From UHGV virus genome UHGV-0071757: DNA of 38,572 nucleotides. One strand, written 5' to 3'. The notes beneath the pieces were generated by a model. That model saw only the letters and a list, made by a program, of their open reading frames with translations. It did not search any database and was not told the DNA's origin. The DNA is from a virus. Shown one piece after another: positions 37,276 to 38,572 of this stretch (positions are counted from its first letter, which is position 1; each line of letters starts with the position of its first letter). The position numbers were made by a program, and so were the translations under genes.

Positions 37276-38012
37276 AGTCTTACAATATTAAATGTTGTGT
37301 TTTTTATTTATATATTTTATTGCCCATCAAGCTATTAATTCATCTCGTTGTTTGAGATAGGTTGAGCATTTGTATTTTTTTATCAATTTTATCTGTATGA
37401 GCTTAAGCAGCTTCAATAATATCTGCGTTAAATTACGCTTCATTCAGAGACGTGCTTGCTATTGACATGTAATCCATGTGCAACAAGATTCCTGCCATAA
37501 CTTATGCGTTTCAGATCCGAATCATGGACTGCTTTAAGTCATTTTTGTAGGGAAAACATGTTCACATGTCAGCACTGATTTGTTTCATCATATCCACTAT
37601 CTCGAATTTCTGTGTCGATAGATGAATGCAGACGGAAATATGTGAATTTTGTGCACGCTCTGCTATTAAGCGAAAACGAGCGTGGATATATCAACTAATA
37701 ATTGCCCTCATTAACATAGGTGGTGGCGGGTATAATCTCTGTAACCCAGTTGTTCGTGACTACCCACCTCGTCAAATTTTCACACCCGCGAAATGAAAAA
37801 TACTTCACGCTAGTGGTTATCCTTGGGCATCCACCAGCCCTTCATCATTGCCTGCCGGTGAGGCTGAGGCTCGAAGAAAAAGAGTGCTAGATAGTCGATT
37901 TTTGCCTGGTTTGGGATAAGGGAAAATTTATTGGGGGTACTTTTGGGGGTATCTATAAAAATGAAATATGAAAATATCATTAAATATCAATGTATTTTTT
38001 GTTTATGTTTTG

Positions 38013-38029
38013 TTCCTATTATCGCACCA
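38013..38029 (+). other. second att core: 16 nt matching the tRNA-Thr 3' end (tcctattatcg-cacca)
   Basis: Matches 21047-21062 with a 1-nt deletion, then continues into the duplicated int promoter region. Confidence 0.75.
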
Positions 38030-38519
38030 TTCTAACGTCTCCCCAAGTCTACTCAAGTATTTAAAAACCTCTTATAATCAGTATATTAATGCCCCTTTTA
38101 GTCTTTTGACGTCTATTTAAGTACCCCAAACTCTACAAGCAATTGAGGGGATTTGCTGTTCAGTTTAGTGGAGATACCCCCAAGTGAAACTCAATGCCCG
38201 TCAAATAGACACTGCCAAGCCAAAAGAGAAGGCTTACAAGCTGGCTGATGGTGGTGGTCTGTATCTCCTGGTAAAACCTAGTGGAGGAAAATATTGGCGC
38301 TTCAAGTATCGTGTAGCTGGTAAAGAGAAGCTGTTAGCACTAGGTGTGTATCCTGAAGTTACCTTGGCTGATGCTCGTGCAAAACGTGAAGAAGCTAAAA
38401 GGGGTATCGCTGGGGGTATCGATCCGATGGAAGCGAAACGAGAGGAAAAGATTGCCCGGGAAACGCAGTTAAACAACACCTTCAAAGATATTGCCCTTGA
38501 GTGGCACAGTAACAAATTA
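38013..38519 (+). repeat. direct repeat copy B (att core + int promoter + int 5' end)
   Basis: Aligns by eye with 21047-21567, with a ~12-nt deletion in the GGGGTAC motif region and scattered mismatches. Confidence 0.85.
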
Positions 38520-38522
38520 TAA
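38184..38522 (+). pseudogene. truncated P4-family integrase (N-terminal 112 codons only)
   Basis: Identical to int residues 1-109, then diverges (HSNKL-stop) into unrelated AT-rich sequence. No catalytic domain. Confidence 0.8.
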
Positions 38523-38572
38523 TCACAATAATAGTGTATATAATTATACATTGTATGCTTGGTAATCATATA

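Overview
No database searches were run; all calls come from reading the translations and the DNA. The window holds two mobile elements integrated in tandem at an att site made from the 3' end of a tRNA-Thr gene. (1) Positions 1-20.7 kb are the late/right arm of a P22-like temperate prophage that resembles the E. coli K1 phage CUS-3 as I recall it. It carries lambda-type lysis genes (R 3' end, Rz/Rz1), an AT-rich T5orf172/GIY-YIG-like moron, small and large terminase, portal, scaffold, coat, gp4/gp10/gp26, gp14 and ejection proteins gp7/gp20/gp16. Between gp16 and the tailspike sit a divergent moron pair (secreted protein, lipoprotein) and an Mnt repressor without arc/ant. The tailspike is endosialidase-type. 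The last gene is the phase-variable O-acetyltransferase neuO, whose 5' (AAGACTC)x13 tract leaves it out of frame (OFF). (2) Positions 21.0-38.0 kb are a ~17 kb satellite-like (PICI/P4-family) island: P4-type integrase, AlpA, AntA-like protein, an RHH repressor with two palindromic operators, a small-gene operon ending in a primase/helicase-like P-loop protein, an iteron origin, and FinO/ProQ-like and PerC-like regulators. Its cargo includes a repeat-rich lipoprotein, membrane proteins, an HTH protein beside an (CAGCTTGC)x7 octamer tract, and an AT-rich block. The island ends at a second att core (38013-38029) followed by a ~0.5 kb duplicate of the int promoter and the first 112 codons of int. 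The best candidate for an undescribed system is the AT-rich cargo, above all the orphan 532-aa protein (35641-37239) with a possible PD-(D/E)xK-like motif. No rRNA, intact tRNA or CRISPR array was found.
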